Assembly (NCBI GenBank): GCA_964019425.1
Contig: OZ025790.1
Span: forward strand, 682,001 to 746,000
DNA: 64,000 bases
From: Flectonema sp. DT1601
Taxonomy: Eukaryota
Direction: 5' to 3'
Within the stretch, counting starts at the first letter, position 1, and each line of letters starts with the position of its first letter. The notes beneath the pieces are model-generated. The model saw only the letters and a program-made list of their open reading frames with translations, was not told the origin of the DNA and ran no database searches. Shown in pieces: positions 1 to 15,000 of this stretch. Position numbers and translations under genes: made by a program.

Positions 1-3000
1 GCTCCCGCCGTGATTGTATCGTCGCCACCACTACACGACCCGAGTGTGATGAGTTTCGTAAGCTCCGCGCTCGGCGTCCACGCAACCTCCCCGAGGTCTC
101 CGAAGATGTAGTCGTTCCCGCCCTCGCCGTCGACTTCGTCGTCTCCCTCACCCGCAACTACCACGTCGTCCCCTTCGCCAGCGAAGATCTTGTCCGCCGC
201 ACCGGCATCCGATGTCGCCGGACCTGCCGATCCCTTCACGGTGAAGTCACCTGGATTAGTCGTCTCGTATTTCCCGTAGTCTCCGATGATGACGTCCCCA
301 CCGGCCCCTCCGTGGACCACGTCACCGCCTGCCCCAGCGAGTATCTTGTCGTCGCCTAGTCCACCGTCGATGACGTCGCTTCCCCCGCCCACCTGGTTTG
401 CGTTGCGCAACCTCACCCAGTGTGACGATGGGTTCAAATGCACCTCTCCAGCGTCTCCGAACACGAAGTCATCTCCGTCTCCTCCATTGATGGTGTCCTC
501 ACCACCACCTCCCAACAAGATGTCGTTCTCTTCGTCTCCGTTCAAGTGATCATCCTCCCCATCCGCCGCGTCACCAGTCGTGACGAGGTGGGTCAGCCCA
601 GTCAGAGGCGTGCGAGTCATGATCCCGATGTCACCGAATACCACGTCCAACCCAGCGTTTCCGCTGATCGAGTCCGCGCCCCGTCCTCCGAATAGGATGT
701 CGTCCCCCGCGCTTCCGTGGATGGTGTCATCCCCGCTCCCGGCAGTGGCCTCGCCGTCGAAGACCGTTTGCAAAACCAAGTCACCCGGCTGTGTAAACAT
801 CTTCCTCACGCGTCCAAAGTCACCGAAGATGAAGTCGACTCCATCCTCCCCATCGATTACATCGTTGGCCGATCCTCCGAACACGATGTCGTCTCCGCCA
901 CCAGTCAGAATCTCGTCATTCCCGCCATCCGCCAGCGCAGGCGCAGTCGACTCGTACACCAACGAATCGGCCTCCTTCGAGATTACCACCGATCCGTGGT
1001 CTCCAAACACCGAATCGTCTCCTCCGCGCGTGCGGATGACGTCGTTGCTCTGACCCCCGAACACGTAGTCCTTCCCGTCCTGCACGTCTATTGTGTCACT
1101 TCCACCCTCCCCGCCCTCCGTGAAGATCGAGGTCATGTTGAACTCATCGCTGGCATTGCGCTGCACGAATCCGTGGTCTCCGAACACCACGTTGTTCCCG
1201 TTGCTTCCATCGATGGTGTCGTTCCCGTATCCTCCGAAGACGATGTCGTCCGCGTCTCCTGCCGAGATGGTGTCCGCTCCGCCAGACAACGGAGCCAAGG
1301 ATTCCAACGTGTAGGTCCCGTTCTCGTGGTCGCGTACGTGACCGTGGTCCCCAAAGATCCAGTCACTTCCCTCGGCAACCGTGATCACGTCGTCTCCCTG
1401 ACCTCCCATGATGATGTGCCGGCCGTACGAACCCGTGATCGTGTCAGCTCCTCCCTCGCCATCGGAATCGGTGAAAGTCGACTTCACGTAGAGTCCTCCC
1501 ACGTCGGGGTTGCTGCTGTCGTGCGTCGTCCGGTACACCTCTCCATGGTCCCCAAGCAAGATGTCTTCGCCGCTGCTACCGACCACCTCGTCGTCACCGA
1601 ACCCACCAATGATCACGTCGGTCTCCGACTCTCCGTACAGGTGGTCATTTCCTCCCGACAAGCTCGCAGTCGAACGGAGCGACCACGTGTCCGAAGTTGC
1701 TGGGTCGTCGCTGATGTCAATCTCACCCTGGTCACCGATGATGAAGTCCTTTCCGTCCCCTCCGTGCACCGTGTCCCCTCCTTGACCACCGATTATGATG
1801 TCGTCTCCCACCGATCCGCTGAGGACGTCGTCGCCCCCCTCTCCCGCGTCCCCAGTGTGCAGCGACTCGAATTTTCTCCATCCCCCAACCGCCGACCATT
1901 TGATCTGGTACCGACCATGGTCACCGAAGATCACGTCGTTGTGTTTTTCTCCCTTGATCGAATCCTTCCCAGTCCCTCCGAAAACCACGTCGTCTTCGTC
2001 CCCCGCGCTGATCTCGTCATCTCCACCGGTCGTCGGCGACGTCGAAGTCATGATCGTCAGTTCCTCGCTTTCCCTCACTTCGATCTCACCAAAGTCCCCG
2101 AAGATCCAATCCTTCCCGGTGTGTCCGGTGATCACGTCCAACACCCCACCTCCTCCGAAGATGATGTCGTCACCGATGTCCCCGACCAGCACATCAGAGT
2201 CGTCCGCCGACTGGTCCGCCAACTCAAAAAGCACCGACCGGTACACGATGTCTCCCGGCACCGCGCTCGTGATCGCACCGTGGTCACCGAACAGAACGTC
2301 GTTTTCACGCTCACCGTACACCTTGTCCTGACCAAACCCTCCAAACAAGTAATCCATTCCGTCTCCTCCCCGCAGGTCATCTGCCCCTCCTCCCGACGTC
2401 GCGTGAGTTGATTCCAAGTGGAACGACGTCGGTCCCAAGTTCACCAAACCGTGGTCCCCGAACAGCCAATCACGCCCTGCTCCACCGACAATCTTGTCAA
2501 TTCCTTGTCCTCCGAACACGATGTCGTCTCCGTCGTGGGTCGTGATCACATCGTCGTCCCCGTGCTCCGCCTCCGTCAGTATCGACTCCCAGTGACCCTC
2601 CCCATGGGCTGCGCTGCTGAACTTTCCGTGGTCACCGAACACCGCGTCGTTGTGCTCGTTTCCGTCGATCGTGTCCTTCCCTTCGCACCCGAAGATGTAG
2701 TCGTCCTCATCTCCTCCAACGAGCGTGTCGTTTGCCCCGCATCCGAGAATCGACTCCACCGATCGGAAGTCCAAACTTGGGGCCAGGGTTCCCTTCCCGT
2801 GGTCTCCGATGATCCAATCCTTTCCGGTGAACCCTTCGATCACATCAGATCCGAACCCTCCGATCAGGACATCGTTTCCGTGCTCACCGTAGATCAGGTC
2901 CGCCCCCCCGTCTTCGCACGTGAACAACGACTCCATCGCCATGTCTCCAGGCTTCGCGCTCTCCACCGACCCGAAGTCCCCGAACACCACGTCGTCGTGC

Positions 3001-6000
3001 TTTCCAGCGTGGATCGTGTCAGCTCCCCGTCCACCGAAGATCACGTCGTCCTCGTCTCCTCCAGACAGCTGATCCCCAGCCCCGTGTCCCGGACTCGTCG
3101 ACTCCATCTTGAAGTACTCGAGTGAACCGTCCAAGAGGGCCTTCCCGTAGTCTCCGAACATCCAATCCCGCCCAGCCCCTCCTTCGACCACGTCCGCCCC
3201 AGCGCCACCGAAGATGATGTCGTGGCTCTCCCCTCCGTAGATCGTGTCCTTCGCCCCCGTCGCAGGAGGAAGCGGCTGGTCGACCACTTCGAACGACGCA
3301 TCGTACAGCCGGCTCCCAGCCGAAATGCTCTCGTACCGTCCGAAGTCTCCAAACAACACGTCCTTGTGATCGCCTCCGTGGATCTCGTCCGAACCCGGCC
3401 CTCCAAACACGAGGTCGTTCCCCTCCCCTCCACCGAGGGTGTCTTCTCCCCCGTACTCGAGAAAAGTCGTCTCCGCAGTCGCGTAAGTCTTGCTCGGCGA
3501 AACTTCCACCGCCCCTGAATCTCCAAACATCCAATCGTCACCGGCACCGCCGACGACGTTGTCTCCTCCCTGACCACCCACGAGGATGTCGTCATCGTCT
3601 TCTCCGAACAGCGCGTCAGAGTCACCGGCAGCAGCCGCTGCTCCACCGGACACCGACCAGTACTTCCGATCTTCCCCAACCACCTCGAACTCACCGCAGT
3701 CTCCGAACAGCACGTCGTTGTTGTCCCCACCGTGAAGCTCGTCCGATCCAGCTCCACCGAACACCGTGTCCTCATCGTCTCCTCCGTACACCACGTCCCG
3801 GGCTCCGAGGGCCACCGCGTCGCCCACGGCGCAGCGTCCCTTCGCCGTCGCCACGTCCGCGATCACCCCCACCTCAACCGCTCCGTGGTCTCCAAAGATC
3901 GTGTCTCTCCCCTCCCCTCCGGATATCGCATCTTCGCCGGCCCCTCCGAACAAGAAGTCGTGTCCGCTCTGTCCGCTCAACGTGTCGTCGCCACCTTGCT
4001 CTGCGAACAGCGACTCCAGCGTGAAGTCCGTCGGCTTCGAGAGAGCACTCGTGTACCGCCCGTGGTCTCCGAACAGGAAGTCCCGGTTCATCGATCCAAG
4101 CACCCGATCCCCAGAAGCCCCTCCGAACGCCGTGTTGTTCCCGTACCCGACGTCGATCACATCGGCACCCCCGTCCGATGGGTGTCTTGACTCCGCAACG
4201 GTCACGTGACGGTCTTCCTCAGCTCCCTTCTCCGAGAAGTATCCCAGTCCAAGCATTCCGTGGTCCCCGAAAACCACATCGTCCGAGCGCCCAGTGTCGA
4301 TCACATCCGCTCCAGGTCCTCCGAACACTATGTCGGCCGAATCCCCGGTGTTGATCGTATCATCGCTTCCCTGCCCTGGGCATGTTGACTCCATTTTCAC
4401 CACTCGACCCTCGGCGTCGAACTCAATCGAACCCAAGTCACCGAATACGAAGTCCAACCCGCCCTCCGTTGTGATCTCGTCCCCTCCAGGTCCTCCAAAT
4501 ATGATGTACCTCGAGCATCCTTTTGTTACGATTACATCCTTCGATCCCGCTGCCTCAGCGGCGCACGCCGACGAAGGCGACTCAGCGGTTTGCGCCGACG
4601 TCGGAGGCGCTGCCTTTCCGTCCAGCTGGCCCGTCGAACCGTGAGCTGAACCGATGCTCATCGTCCCCCCGTACGTCACCGTCCCCTCGTCTCCGAAGAT
4701 GATGTCCGCCTTTTGACCTGGGTAGATCGTGTCACTCCCCAATCCTCCCACGATGACTAGCGGAATCACCGTCTCACGGGCATCAATTACGTCGTTGCCC
4801 CCCTCACCGTTCACCACGAAGAATCCGTCTGGGATCTCCCCTCCCAAGTAGATCTCCACTTCGTCGTCTCCGCCTCCCGTGTTCAACGTCGTCACCACCC
4901 GTTCTCCCTCAACCGCCGCCAGGATCGTGCTGCGCACGTACACCTTGTCCTTCTCTTGACCCGTCCACACCGTGATCCCTCCAGTGAACGTCCCCACGTA
5001 CGGGATCGGCACAGGTGCCAAATTACGGATCAGGTTCTTCTCCAAGATCACCCGTTCACCATCCACTCCCTTCCCGGACCCAGTGCTGTCGCTCACCATC
5101 AACCGGTTGCGTCCCGTCCCCGCATCCAGTGTGATCGTGTTCTGGATGTACTTCAGCCACCCCGGCAGCGTTGATCCCGACCCAGCTTCCGCAATCGTCA
5201 CCAGGTTAGCATCTGACCCGAGGGCAATGACGTCGTCCCCTCCGTGGGTCCGGATCGCAGTCGGGATCGACACTCCACGCACGTTGATTGCATCCTTCGC
5301 CGTCGTTCCCATGTCGATCTCGAGCGTGCGCATGTCTCCGTAGTTGATCCCGGCCAACCGCACGCGGGAGTTGATGTCCGCACCCGCCAAGTATTCCACC
5401 TCCCCGTTCACCACCCCGGATACATCCACCGTTATCGCCCCACCAGCAGTCTCCGCTTCACCCTCGTACCTCACAATGTACGTCAGGGAATCCACCGAGT
5501 CCACCGCAAAGCTCCTCGTGCACTTGCTCTTCAACTCGTTCCCGCACCGGTTGGGGTCCGCCCCGAACACCGCATGTTGCATCGCATCCTCAATGGTCTT
5601 CGCAGCTGTCCCCAATGAGAACGCGTCAAGGTGGTACACCATCCCGTCGAACTCGAACGACAGCGCGAACGCACCCGACGTCCCGCGCACCGTCACCGCG
5701 TGCACCTTCTTCGAATCTTCTCCGCGCTTTGCAACCATTCCGAAACCGGACAGGTCCGTTCTCGACAAGAACCCGGCGAATCCGAGATCCGGGTTCCCTC
5801 CCCAGTTGTTAATGTGCAGCGTGTTGTGCTCTCCGCTCCCTCCGCTCAGCGACACCAGGTCTTTGATCTGCACAAGCTTCCCCGCATCGTCTCCGACCAC
5901 AAAAGTGTCGTCTCCCTCCTGTCCGTTCACGTACGTCGGCCCAACAGCCCCGTACACCTGAAACGTGTCGTCCCCCTTTCCAGCGTTGATGTAAGTCGCC

Positions 6001-9000
6001 CCCGTGTGCGTACCTCCCACCACCACCGTGTCCACAGCAGCTCCGAGGTTCAACACCACCACCTCCAAGTCCGAGTACTGGATTCCACCCAGAAGCGCCT
6101 TCCCTTCACGCACTCGGTCGGTTCCCATTCCCATTCCGGTGACGCGTCCTGGCAACAACGTCACCGTCGTTGGAAGGAATCCCCCCGTGTTCTCCACCGT
6201 CAGCGTGTCGATCTGCATTGACTCGATCACATCCAGGTTGGGGTTGTCCAGGCGATCCGCGAATACCCCGGAGTCCGTCTCCCCCGGCAACATCACCGGT
6301 GGCAGGAAGTCGATCGCAGTGGGGTTGTTGTCTCCGCTGACCGTCAGAGATCCCTGGATTTGGTACGCCAGAGACGGTTGCGCCCCGAACTCCTTCACCG
6401 TGTGGTCATCCACCGCGTTGTCCACCACCGCCGTCACCGTCACCGTTTGCGCAATGTAGTAATTCGAACTGTCGAACGTCAGCGTCGCCGGACTCACGCT
6501 CACCTGCTCACGCTCCGGCAGGAACTTCGCCTCGATCGCCTTCGTCTTCTTCACAGTCGGCGACACCGTCACCGATCCCTGGGGTTCCTTGGTCAGGTAC
6601 ACTTCGTACGTGTCAGTCAGGCCACCCTCGATGACGTCCGTGCTCCCATGCGACTCCAGCAGCACCATCCCCGGCGCCTCGTTGTCCAGGATCTGGATTC
6701 CGACATAAGGAACCGCTGCTGCCGCGAAATCCGCGTTCGCCGTCTCCACTTCATGTTGCACAGTCGTGTAGTGGAATCCTTCCACCGCCTCGTCGTCCAC
6801 CGCAGTCACCGTGATCACCTCCTCACACCCGTTCGACGTCGTGAAGTCGAACGCTTCACGGGATACCTGCACCTGTGCCGAGTCGTACACAAGCTTCATC
6901 CTCACAGCCGTCGACACGCACGGACGCATCAGCATCGTGTACGAAGCCGTCTTCCCCACCGTTCCCAATCCCGTCTCCGACACCCGCATTCCACCATCCA
7001 TCCCCTCAATCAGGTAGAACTCGAATTCTTCGCTGTCCAGGATGCTGAACTGAACCATCGGCACAATCAAGTTGTCGTACTCGCTTCCCCCGTTAAACTG
7101 CGCCACCGTGTGCGCGATTGCGATCGCTTCCTTCCCTTCCTTCACGTTGTCATCTTCCACGCTCACCGTCACCGTTTTCACATCCTTCCAACGGTTCCCA
7201 TTCTTCTCGAACGTCAGAGACTGCGGCGTCACGAACACGTTCTTCGATCCCACCAGCTGCGACGGCGGGGTCGGTGCCACCACCGTGATCGTCACGTCCG
7301 CCGAAGGCGGATGCACCATCCGGATGGTGTACGTTCCTTGCGTTCCCTTCCCCTCGATCATCACTTGCATCCCGTCCGTGTTGAAAACCATGCTCGGCGT
7401 GTCTTCGTCCGCCACGTTCGCCGAAACCCCGTGGGCCTCCATCCCGTTGTACGATGCATCCGTCGCACTCGTCACCATGTTGTTCACCACCCCGCTGTGT
7501 CCCCTCAGGTCGTTGCTAACTACATACGACGATTCGTGCGGCGTGATGATCACGTCGTCGCTCCCAAGACCGGTGTACACGCTCGTCGATACTTGCTCAT
7601 CCGTGCTCATCACGTAAACCGTGTCGTCTCCCGCCAACGTCGCCACTTCCACGCTCTCGATTCCGACGAACGTCACGAACAACCCAGCCCCGTAGATTCC
7701 GTTCCGCGTCACCACGAACGTGTCCGGATACTCGGTACCGATCACCACCAGCGTGTCGAATCCCGGACCTCCGTCGATCGCAACCGGCGCGTTCACCGCG
7801 TACATCACCACATCTTGACCTTCACCCGTGTCTACCGTGGTCTCCTTGATTTCGGGGTCAGGCTTCTCCGGCGTCAAAGAATCCCACAACGCGAACGCAC
7901 GGATCGTGAACCTGTCGTCGTCGGCTCCACCACGCAACGCCAGCGTCGCAATGTTTCTCATCACGATGAACGTGTCATCTCCGGACTCTCCGTTCGCGTT
8001 GATGTGAAAGTGGTTCCCCGACGACAGGTATCCTTCCGTCGTCTTCGCCGTCGTGAACACGTCCGACACACCGGGAATGTGCACCGAGTCACGCTCCGCG
8101 TTGTACAGCTGTCCGAACAAGAACTGATCGTTCCCCTCTCCACCGTTCAGCGTCATGATTCCCGCGTTGTCGTCACACGCATACGTATCGTCTCCCTTCA
8201 AACCGTTGATGGTAATCCCCGCGTTGATCCCACGGTCCATGTCCACACGCTCCGCTGCTGCTCCCCCGCCGTGGATGTTGGCGATGAAGTTTGCTCGGAT
8301 CAGGAAGTTGTCGTCTCCCGGCGTCCCGTTCATCTCCAGCGTGTTCAGCTCCGACGGGTCATGCACCAAGTACCCGCTGTCCGTGATGCTCACGAACGAC
8401 GCTCCAGTTCCGGCGAACCCGACGCTGATCGTGTCGTTTCCACGCTCACCATCGATGTACAGCGGCGCCAGCAGCGGATTGATCGCCGACCCCTCCGGAT
8501 TCGTCGCCGGAGGCACCGTGATCACGTCTGCTCCGTTCCCTCCGTTCACGTAAGTCGTCCCACTCGTCCCCTCCACCGTCAAGTGGTCTACCCCGTTTCC
8601 TCCCTGCACCGTCACCAACCCGCGGTGTGTCCCTGCCACCGTGAAAACGTTCTTCGAACCCTCCGGGATCGTCACCGGCAGCTTCACAATCAGCTCCCCC
8701 AGCGCCGCGAACTCGATCCCGGGACCAGACATCCCGAGTCCACTCACCACTTGAGACGTCATCCGTCCACTGTTCCCCGAGGTATCCGCCGAGTCATCGA
8801 TCGTCAGCTTCGCAACCCTGGTCTGACTGTCTCCTTCGACCATCACCAGCGAACGGATCTTCTCGACCGTTCCGTCTCCGATCGTCACGTGGTCACCACC
8901 TCCAGCCGTCACCACTTCCACGTCCGTCGTCGCCAGCGTCTCGATCACCCTGAACGTGTCTCCGTTCTTTCCCAGCTGCACAACAACCAGCTCGAACCCA

Positions 9001-12000
9001 GAGTACGACACCGGGATCAGCATCCCCAGTCCGTTCACCGTCGTCGGTCCCAGGCTTCCACCGACGCTTCCCGAGCTCGACGGCACCGTTATCCGCAGCG
9101 TGTCTCGGTCGTTTCCTCCCTTCACCACCAGCGTACCCTTCACCTCCCCCGGGTTTGTTACTTCGAACTCGTTGTTTCCGTCAGCCCCCTCGATCGTCAG
9201 CGTCGTCCCGCTCGCCACCCCAGTCACAGTCACCTTCCCCGCATCCGCAGGCAACAGCACATTCACATTCCGCGCGTTGAAATTCAGCACCAGCTCCCCC
9301 ATCGCAAACCCACTCAACCCGCTCGACCCAATTGTTCCATCCGCGAGCACTCCTTGGTGGGACGTGTAGTCGATCACGATCGTGTCTGCTCCTTGACCGC
9401 ATACCAAGTTTCCACCAGACATCGGGTTCTGCAGGTAGATGTGATCCGTTTGCAGTCCGCAGTTCCCGCTGTATGAAGAAACCTGTTCGAACTCCGTCGT
9501 CAGCTGATCTTCCCGGGCTTCTCCCTTCACAAACACCACCTCCACCGTCTCCAGCCCCGGTTCTCCGTTGATGTGTCGGATCTGGAACGTCTCACCGTTG
9601 TCAGACGTGTCTCCACTCACTCGCTTTCCCGCATCTGGTCCCATGTGCAGCGCCAAGTTTCCGCTGTCGATGTGCGCCAGGATCGGCTGCGGTGGAGGCG
9701 ACGTGTCGATGTCGATCAGGCACGCCGAAATCGATAGCTCCGGGTTCGTCTTCTCCCACCTTCCCCGAGGGTAGCAGTACACCCATCCACACTTCCAGTT
9801 CACGAACGGATTGAAGATCTCCGCGTAGATGCTCGCCCCGGCGCAGAACTTTGCCTTGAGATTGAACAGCTTGAAGAAGTTTTCCTTGATGATCGCCCAA
9901 ATCTCCCCCAAACGAATCTTTCCGTCACCGTTCGGGTCGTACAAGTCGATCGAAGCTTCGAAGCTCACGAAACCCGACGCACGCACGCGCACCAGACCCA
10001 GGTTGATACTCGCACTCACCCGGATCCCTCCCGATGCCGCCAGCTCCAACGTGTCTTCTCCCGGCGTCTCCGTGTCCGAGATGAAGAATCCGTTCAGCGC
10101 CAGCAGCGGCTTCTTCCGCTCGATAGCCTCCCGGATCCCGGACGTGTCGTACCCGGCCTGCAGCCTTGCGCTCACCTTGAATTCTCCGTAGAAGTTGATC
10201 GCCAGCACGAAGAAGTCGATCCCGAAGTCCACGATCACTTCGATCTCCATCTTCGGCGAGTTCAACGTAATGAGATCCACGTCCTCTCCCGTGATCAGCC
10301 CCAACGCCCCGCTCGGTGACAAGAACGGGTACTGCCACATCGCCTCCGAGTCCGTCAGCCTCTTCAGCAGCTTCTGCATTCCACCCCCGCCCGTGTCCTT
10401 TCCGATGTCCCCGGTGCTCTTGGTCTGCGTCGACGGCTTGGTCTTCGAGCTCGGCGATGTCGCCAACACGTCCCATTCGCGTCCCGTTCCCTCGAATGTT
10501 CCCGGGTTCGGTCCGGTGAACACGAACGGCACAATGTACGGTCCGATCTTTTCCAACTCGAAGTCTCCGAAGTTCAACTTGAACGAATCGATTGGAGGGT
10601 TTCGGTTCAGCTGCTCCTCCACCTGTTTCACGAGGTCCACGATTAACTGAATCAGTTCAACAATCTCCGTGATCACTCCGAGGTAAGCTGCAATGTTCTT
10701 AACTGATCCACGAACCGGACCACCAGACCCAAGCAGTCCGTTGATCAGCAGTTCCGGCAATTCCAAGATGGTGACCGACCGTCCCGCGATGTCCGAGATC
10801 ACCGGCAGCCTCACCTGCAGGGCGTCCAACACCGGCTGGATTGGCTCCACCAGTTCTGCCAACTTTCCGAAGATTGGCTGCAGCAGCGTCGTGATGATCT
10901 TTCCCATGTCCAGCGACACGTCGAACAGAAGCACCCGGGGCAGCGGAATTGCGCGGGGCTTCTTCAGCGACTTCGACTGGTACTTCTTCGGCAAGTCCTT
11001 CTTCCCCGATTGAGCTGGAAGGGCTGCCGATGACTTCTTCCCCTTCGTGAAAGCTCCAGAGATCGTCCATTCGATGTACGCCCCGCAAGACAAACTCGGC
11101 AATCCGGGGATCACGGATTCCAGGATTCCGAACCGGAGGTCCATTTCCGCCAACGCCGTGAATTCGTACTCCAAACTCAAAAGCGACAGTCCACCCTTTT
11201 TCAGCTCCTTCAGCGTTAGGTAATTGTCCGTGTTCACGTCCAACACGTCCAAGTAGATTGCTCCAATCAATCCCGTCGCACCCTCGCCATCCGGGTAGTC
11301 TCTTCCGTTCATCTCGATGTTCATGATGAACAAGTCTCCCGCTGCTCTCAGGTTCGGGAACGTCAGCGCAGCGAACACCGTCAGCTCTTTTCCGTCTACG
11401 TTCAGGTAGAATCCCTTCTTCACACTCATACCGAACTTCAAGTTGAACCTCCACCCGATTACGAATTTCAGGTCCGACGACAGTTCGAACCCGAGCGGGA
11501 ACTCGTCCAATCCGAACCCGATGTCGAACCCAGCTCCCACTTCCCAACTCATACCGATGTTCAAGTTCCACTCGATCGCGTCTGCTTCCGACAGGTCTGC
11601 TCCGTCAACCAACGCGTAGTTCTCGTCCAGCACCTCGGGCATCACGTTCCCGTCCTTGTGACGCACAGTCACCTCGATCGCTTTCCAATCCGACGCTGGG
11701 TCGTAAGGGTCTGCCGCTTCCAGCAGGATCCCCAGCTCATCGTGGAACAGCAGTCCCATCAACTTCGCAAGCACCTGAGCCACGTTCAGTTTCTGTCCCG
11801 GTTCGTCCTTCGCCAATGCGTCCAGCCCGTTCGTCATCGTGTTCACCAGCCCCGTTCGGAAAGACGAGATGAAGCTCGTGTCCAGCGCGTCCCGAACTTT
11901 CTCCCCGAGCATCGGAAGCAGCAGCTTCTTCAGGATACCCGCCCCACCGGTGATGATCTTGTCCAGCAGGGCCAACACCGAATCGATTCCATTGATGATC

Positions 12001-15000
12001 GTCTGGCTGTCGGTCAGCATTACCTCAACCGGGCTGATGCTGAACTTACCCGACAGCAGCTTCAGCACGTCCAGTCCCGTCACCGTCACCGAACCTGGAG
12101 TGCGGCTCAAGAACGCATCCAGCGACTCAATCTTGAACCCGATCTCCCCGAAACCGTCGATTGGCAGCGAAGCTTGCACCCCTCCCGTCAATCCCTGCGT
12201 CGCTTTGAAGTCCGCCAAGATTGCCGAGAACGCTCCGCTCTCCAGTGCGTGATTCTGGCTCAAACCGAACCGGTACTGCACCGGCACGTCCGCGATTCCA
12301 ACCTCCGCCTTCGCACCTGAGATCGAGATGTCGAACGGACCGAGAGACGCCGCGAAGCTGAATTCTCCCTTCGCCAACAGCTGCAACGTCAACCCCGTCT
12401 CCTTGTTGAGCGACAGCTTCGGCGTCTTTTCCAGCGTCACCTCCAGAGCCAGCACCAGCTCCGCCGAGGCCGAGAACGAGAACACCGACTCCAAACTAGC
12501 CGATGCGTCCACAAGCGACGTCAACGAATCCAAACCCACCTCGTCCAGGGCGTCGCTGTTCTGGATCAGCTCCGCCAGCGACACGTCGAACCTCAGCTCC
12601 TTCGAATACCCAAGCGCCTTCGTCAGGGATACCTGGATCGAGCTCGGTGCCCCTCCCATCCCCTCCACGTATGTGAAAGTCAGCAGCGACGGGTCCAGTC
12701 CCAGCTTGTCTTCGATCAGCTCTTCCAACCGCTTGATGCTCCCTCCGAGGTCGCTTGCGATCGACTCGATCTCCCGCAGCACGACCTGCACCGGGTCCAA
12801 GATCTCGTTCGGTGTGAACGACAAGAACGGAATCTCCATGTCCAAAATCGCCAAGTCTCCAATCAGACCCGAATCCCCGAACTTTCCCGCAACAATCGTC
12901 GGCACCCCGTCCACCAGGGTTTCCGGAGGCCCGAACACCAGCTCCACCGCGTCCGCAATCAACCCGATGATCTGTCCCAAGTCCATGTTCTTGATGTCCG
13001 ACAGGTTCGGGAACGACGGCACGTCCACGGTCACCAAGAAGTCCGAACCTGTTGGCAGAGACGACGTGAAGCCTTTCTGCAGCGGCAGCACGAACTCAGG
13101 GAGCTCCACCTTGATCCCACCCGCCGTCAGGCTCAGTACCCCCGGAACTTCGATCGACACCGTTCCCTCGGGAAGCGTGAAAGCTCCCGAGAGCTTCGCC
13201 GTCGCCGTCACCAGAGAGAACCGCGTGTCCGCGTCACCGAGCGCCTCACGAAGCGCAGCCAACGTCGTCTTCTCCGTCAGGCTCCCCAGCACCACGTCCA
13301 ACTCGGCCCGCACGAACCCGCTCCCGCCGTCCGCCACCGCCGCCAACACCGCAACGTTTGCCAGGAATCCGAAGTCGGTCGCGTCCAGCTGCAAAGCCCC
13401 CACGAAATGCAACCCCCTCACCAGCGGCGCAAACGTCTTGGCCCGCGAGCTCTCGCTCTTCATTCCTCCCACGTTCTTGAACTCCTCCGTCACCTCAGTC
13501 TCAAACTTCCTCACTCCCGTCGTCGTCACCGTGTACGACTTCTGTTCCGTGTACTGGATCACCGTAATCTTCTTTCCTCCACTCAGTTGCGCGTCCACCG
13601 TCGCCACCTGCTTCGTCAGCTCCTCCACGAGCTTCTTCCCCGAATCCAGAGTCACCGAGTACCGCACCTTGTCCAACACGAAAACGCAACCCATCCCGCT
13701 CGTCGTCGTTGCCTCCAGCCCCCCCGCAGGCGCCCCGATGATCGACAGGTCACCCGCCGACATCCCGAGACGCGCCCCGAAGTCGAACGACAAGTCGAAA
13801 GTCGTGCTCAGAGCCAGGTTCGCCGACGCCTCCACGTCCAACAACGGATCCACTTCCGCCCCAAACCGCAGGTTCACCGTCGGGGTCGGCAGCGACAGTT
13901 GCGGAAGTGCCACGTTGAACATGACATCCCACTGCTGCGTCACCGCATCCTGCTCCAGGGTTACCTTCACCACCGTAGGTGCAAGCGCTTCCGACAAGAT
14001 CGCGCTCAGAGCGTCAGCCGTGCTGAACGACGGTTCGCGTGCCACGTTCACGACCGTCCCGTCCTCAATCCCGAGCACCTTCACAGGCTTTCCGAGCATC
14101 TCCTCGTACTTCGTGTTCCCCGTCTTCAGAAGGGTCACTCGGAACCCGAGAACCGAAGCCTCAATCTCCTCGGTCGTGCACACCCGAATCCCCTCCGTCC
14201 CGTCATCCCTTGCCGCCACGGTGATCGATGATCCCAATCCAGCAGCGTTTACCGCCTCCGCCACCCTCGCTGCCACTCCAGCGGTCGTCGTCTCCGCCTG
14301 GATCGCCGCGTAGTCCAGCTCAATCAGCGTCACGTACTGCTGGTTGATTTCGATCTCGAACGTCCGGAACGTAAGCGCCTCTTGGAACGCTGCGTTGTCC
14401 GCTCCCGCCCAGCCTGGCAGCATCTCACTCTCGTAGCACAGCGACAGCGTCTGGCGATCCTTCGGTGCCTGCGCCGCCGTCATAACCGAAACCAGCTTCT
14501 CCGTGATCGAATCTGCGAAGTCGATCGCATTTCCGAGCGACAAGTCTATCAGAGGCAGCGTCACGTTGAAAACTGGCGAACTCGCGTATTCTTGCAATCC
14601 ATTGATCACCGTGTTCACGATCTGCACCACGTCAAGCGGCGACAAACCCCGAAAGTTCAGCAGCTGGTCCATGTTGTGGTGCGCAATCGTCAGTCCCCCC
14701 GGGGTGAAGATGTCCGGCAAATCCACCGTTACCCGCGGTCTTAGGTCCTCTCCCCCCATTCCCACATTGTTGCTCCCGCTCAGATCCGTCTCCCCGATCG
14801 TCGCCTTGAACGGAATCTCAGCCTTCACGTGACCACTCTTCGTGATTACCATCGCATCTCCGCTGATCTGCGTGATGGCAACGTGGTTTCCCCCGGAAAG
14901 CGCTCCCTCGAACCGCATCGCGATGCTACCCGACCCCCCGTCAATCGCAGCGCCGAGCACCCCCACCGTCACAGTCGCCTCCAGCCCACTGTTCAACGAC

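Noticed and set aside
6360..9476. 1038-aa plus-strand ORF (and its copy 47588-50704), plus the 564-, 661- and 311-aa and many shorter overlapping ORFs
   Set aside because: Antisense or alternate-frame shadows of the GC-rich, codon-biased giant gene; Arg/His/Ser/Pro-rich with no recognisable motifs.
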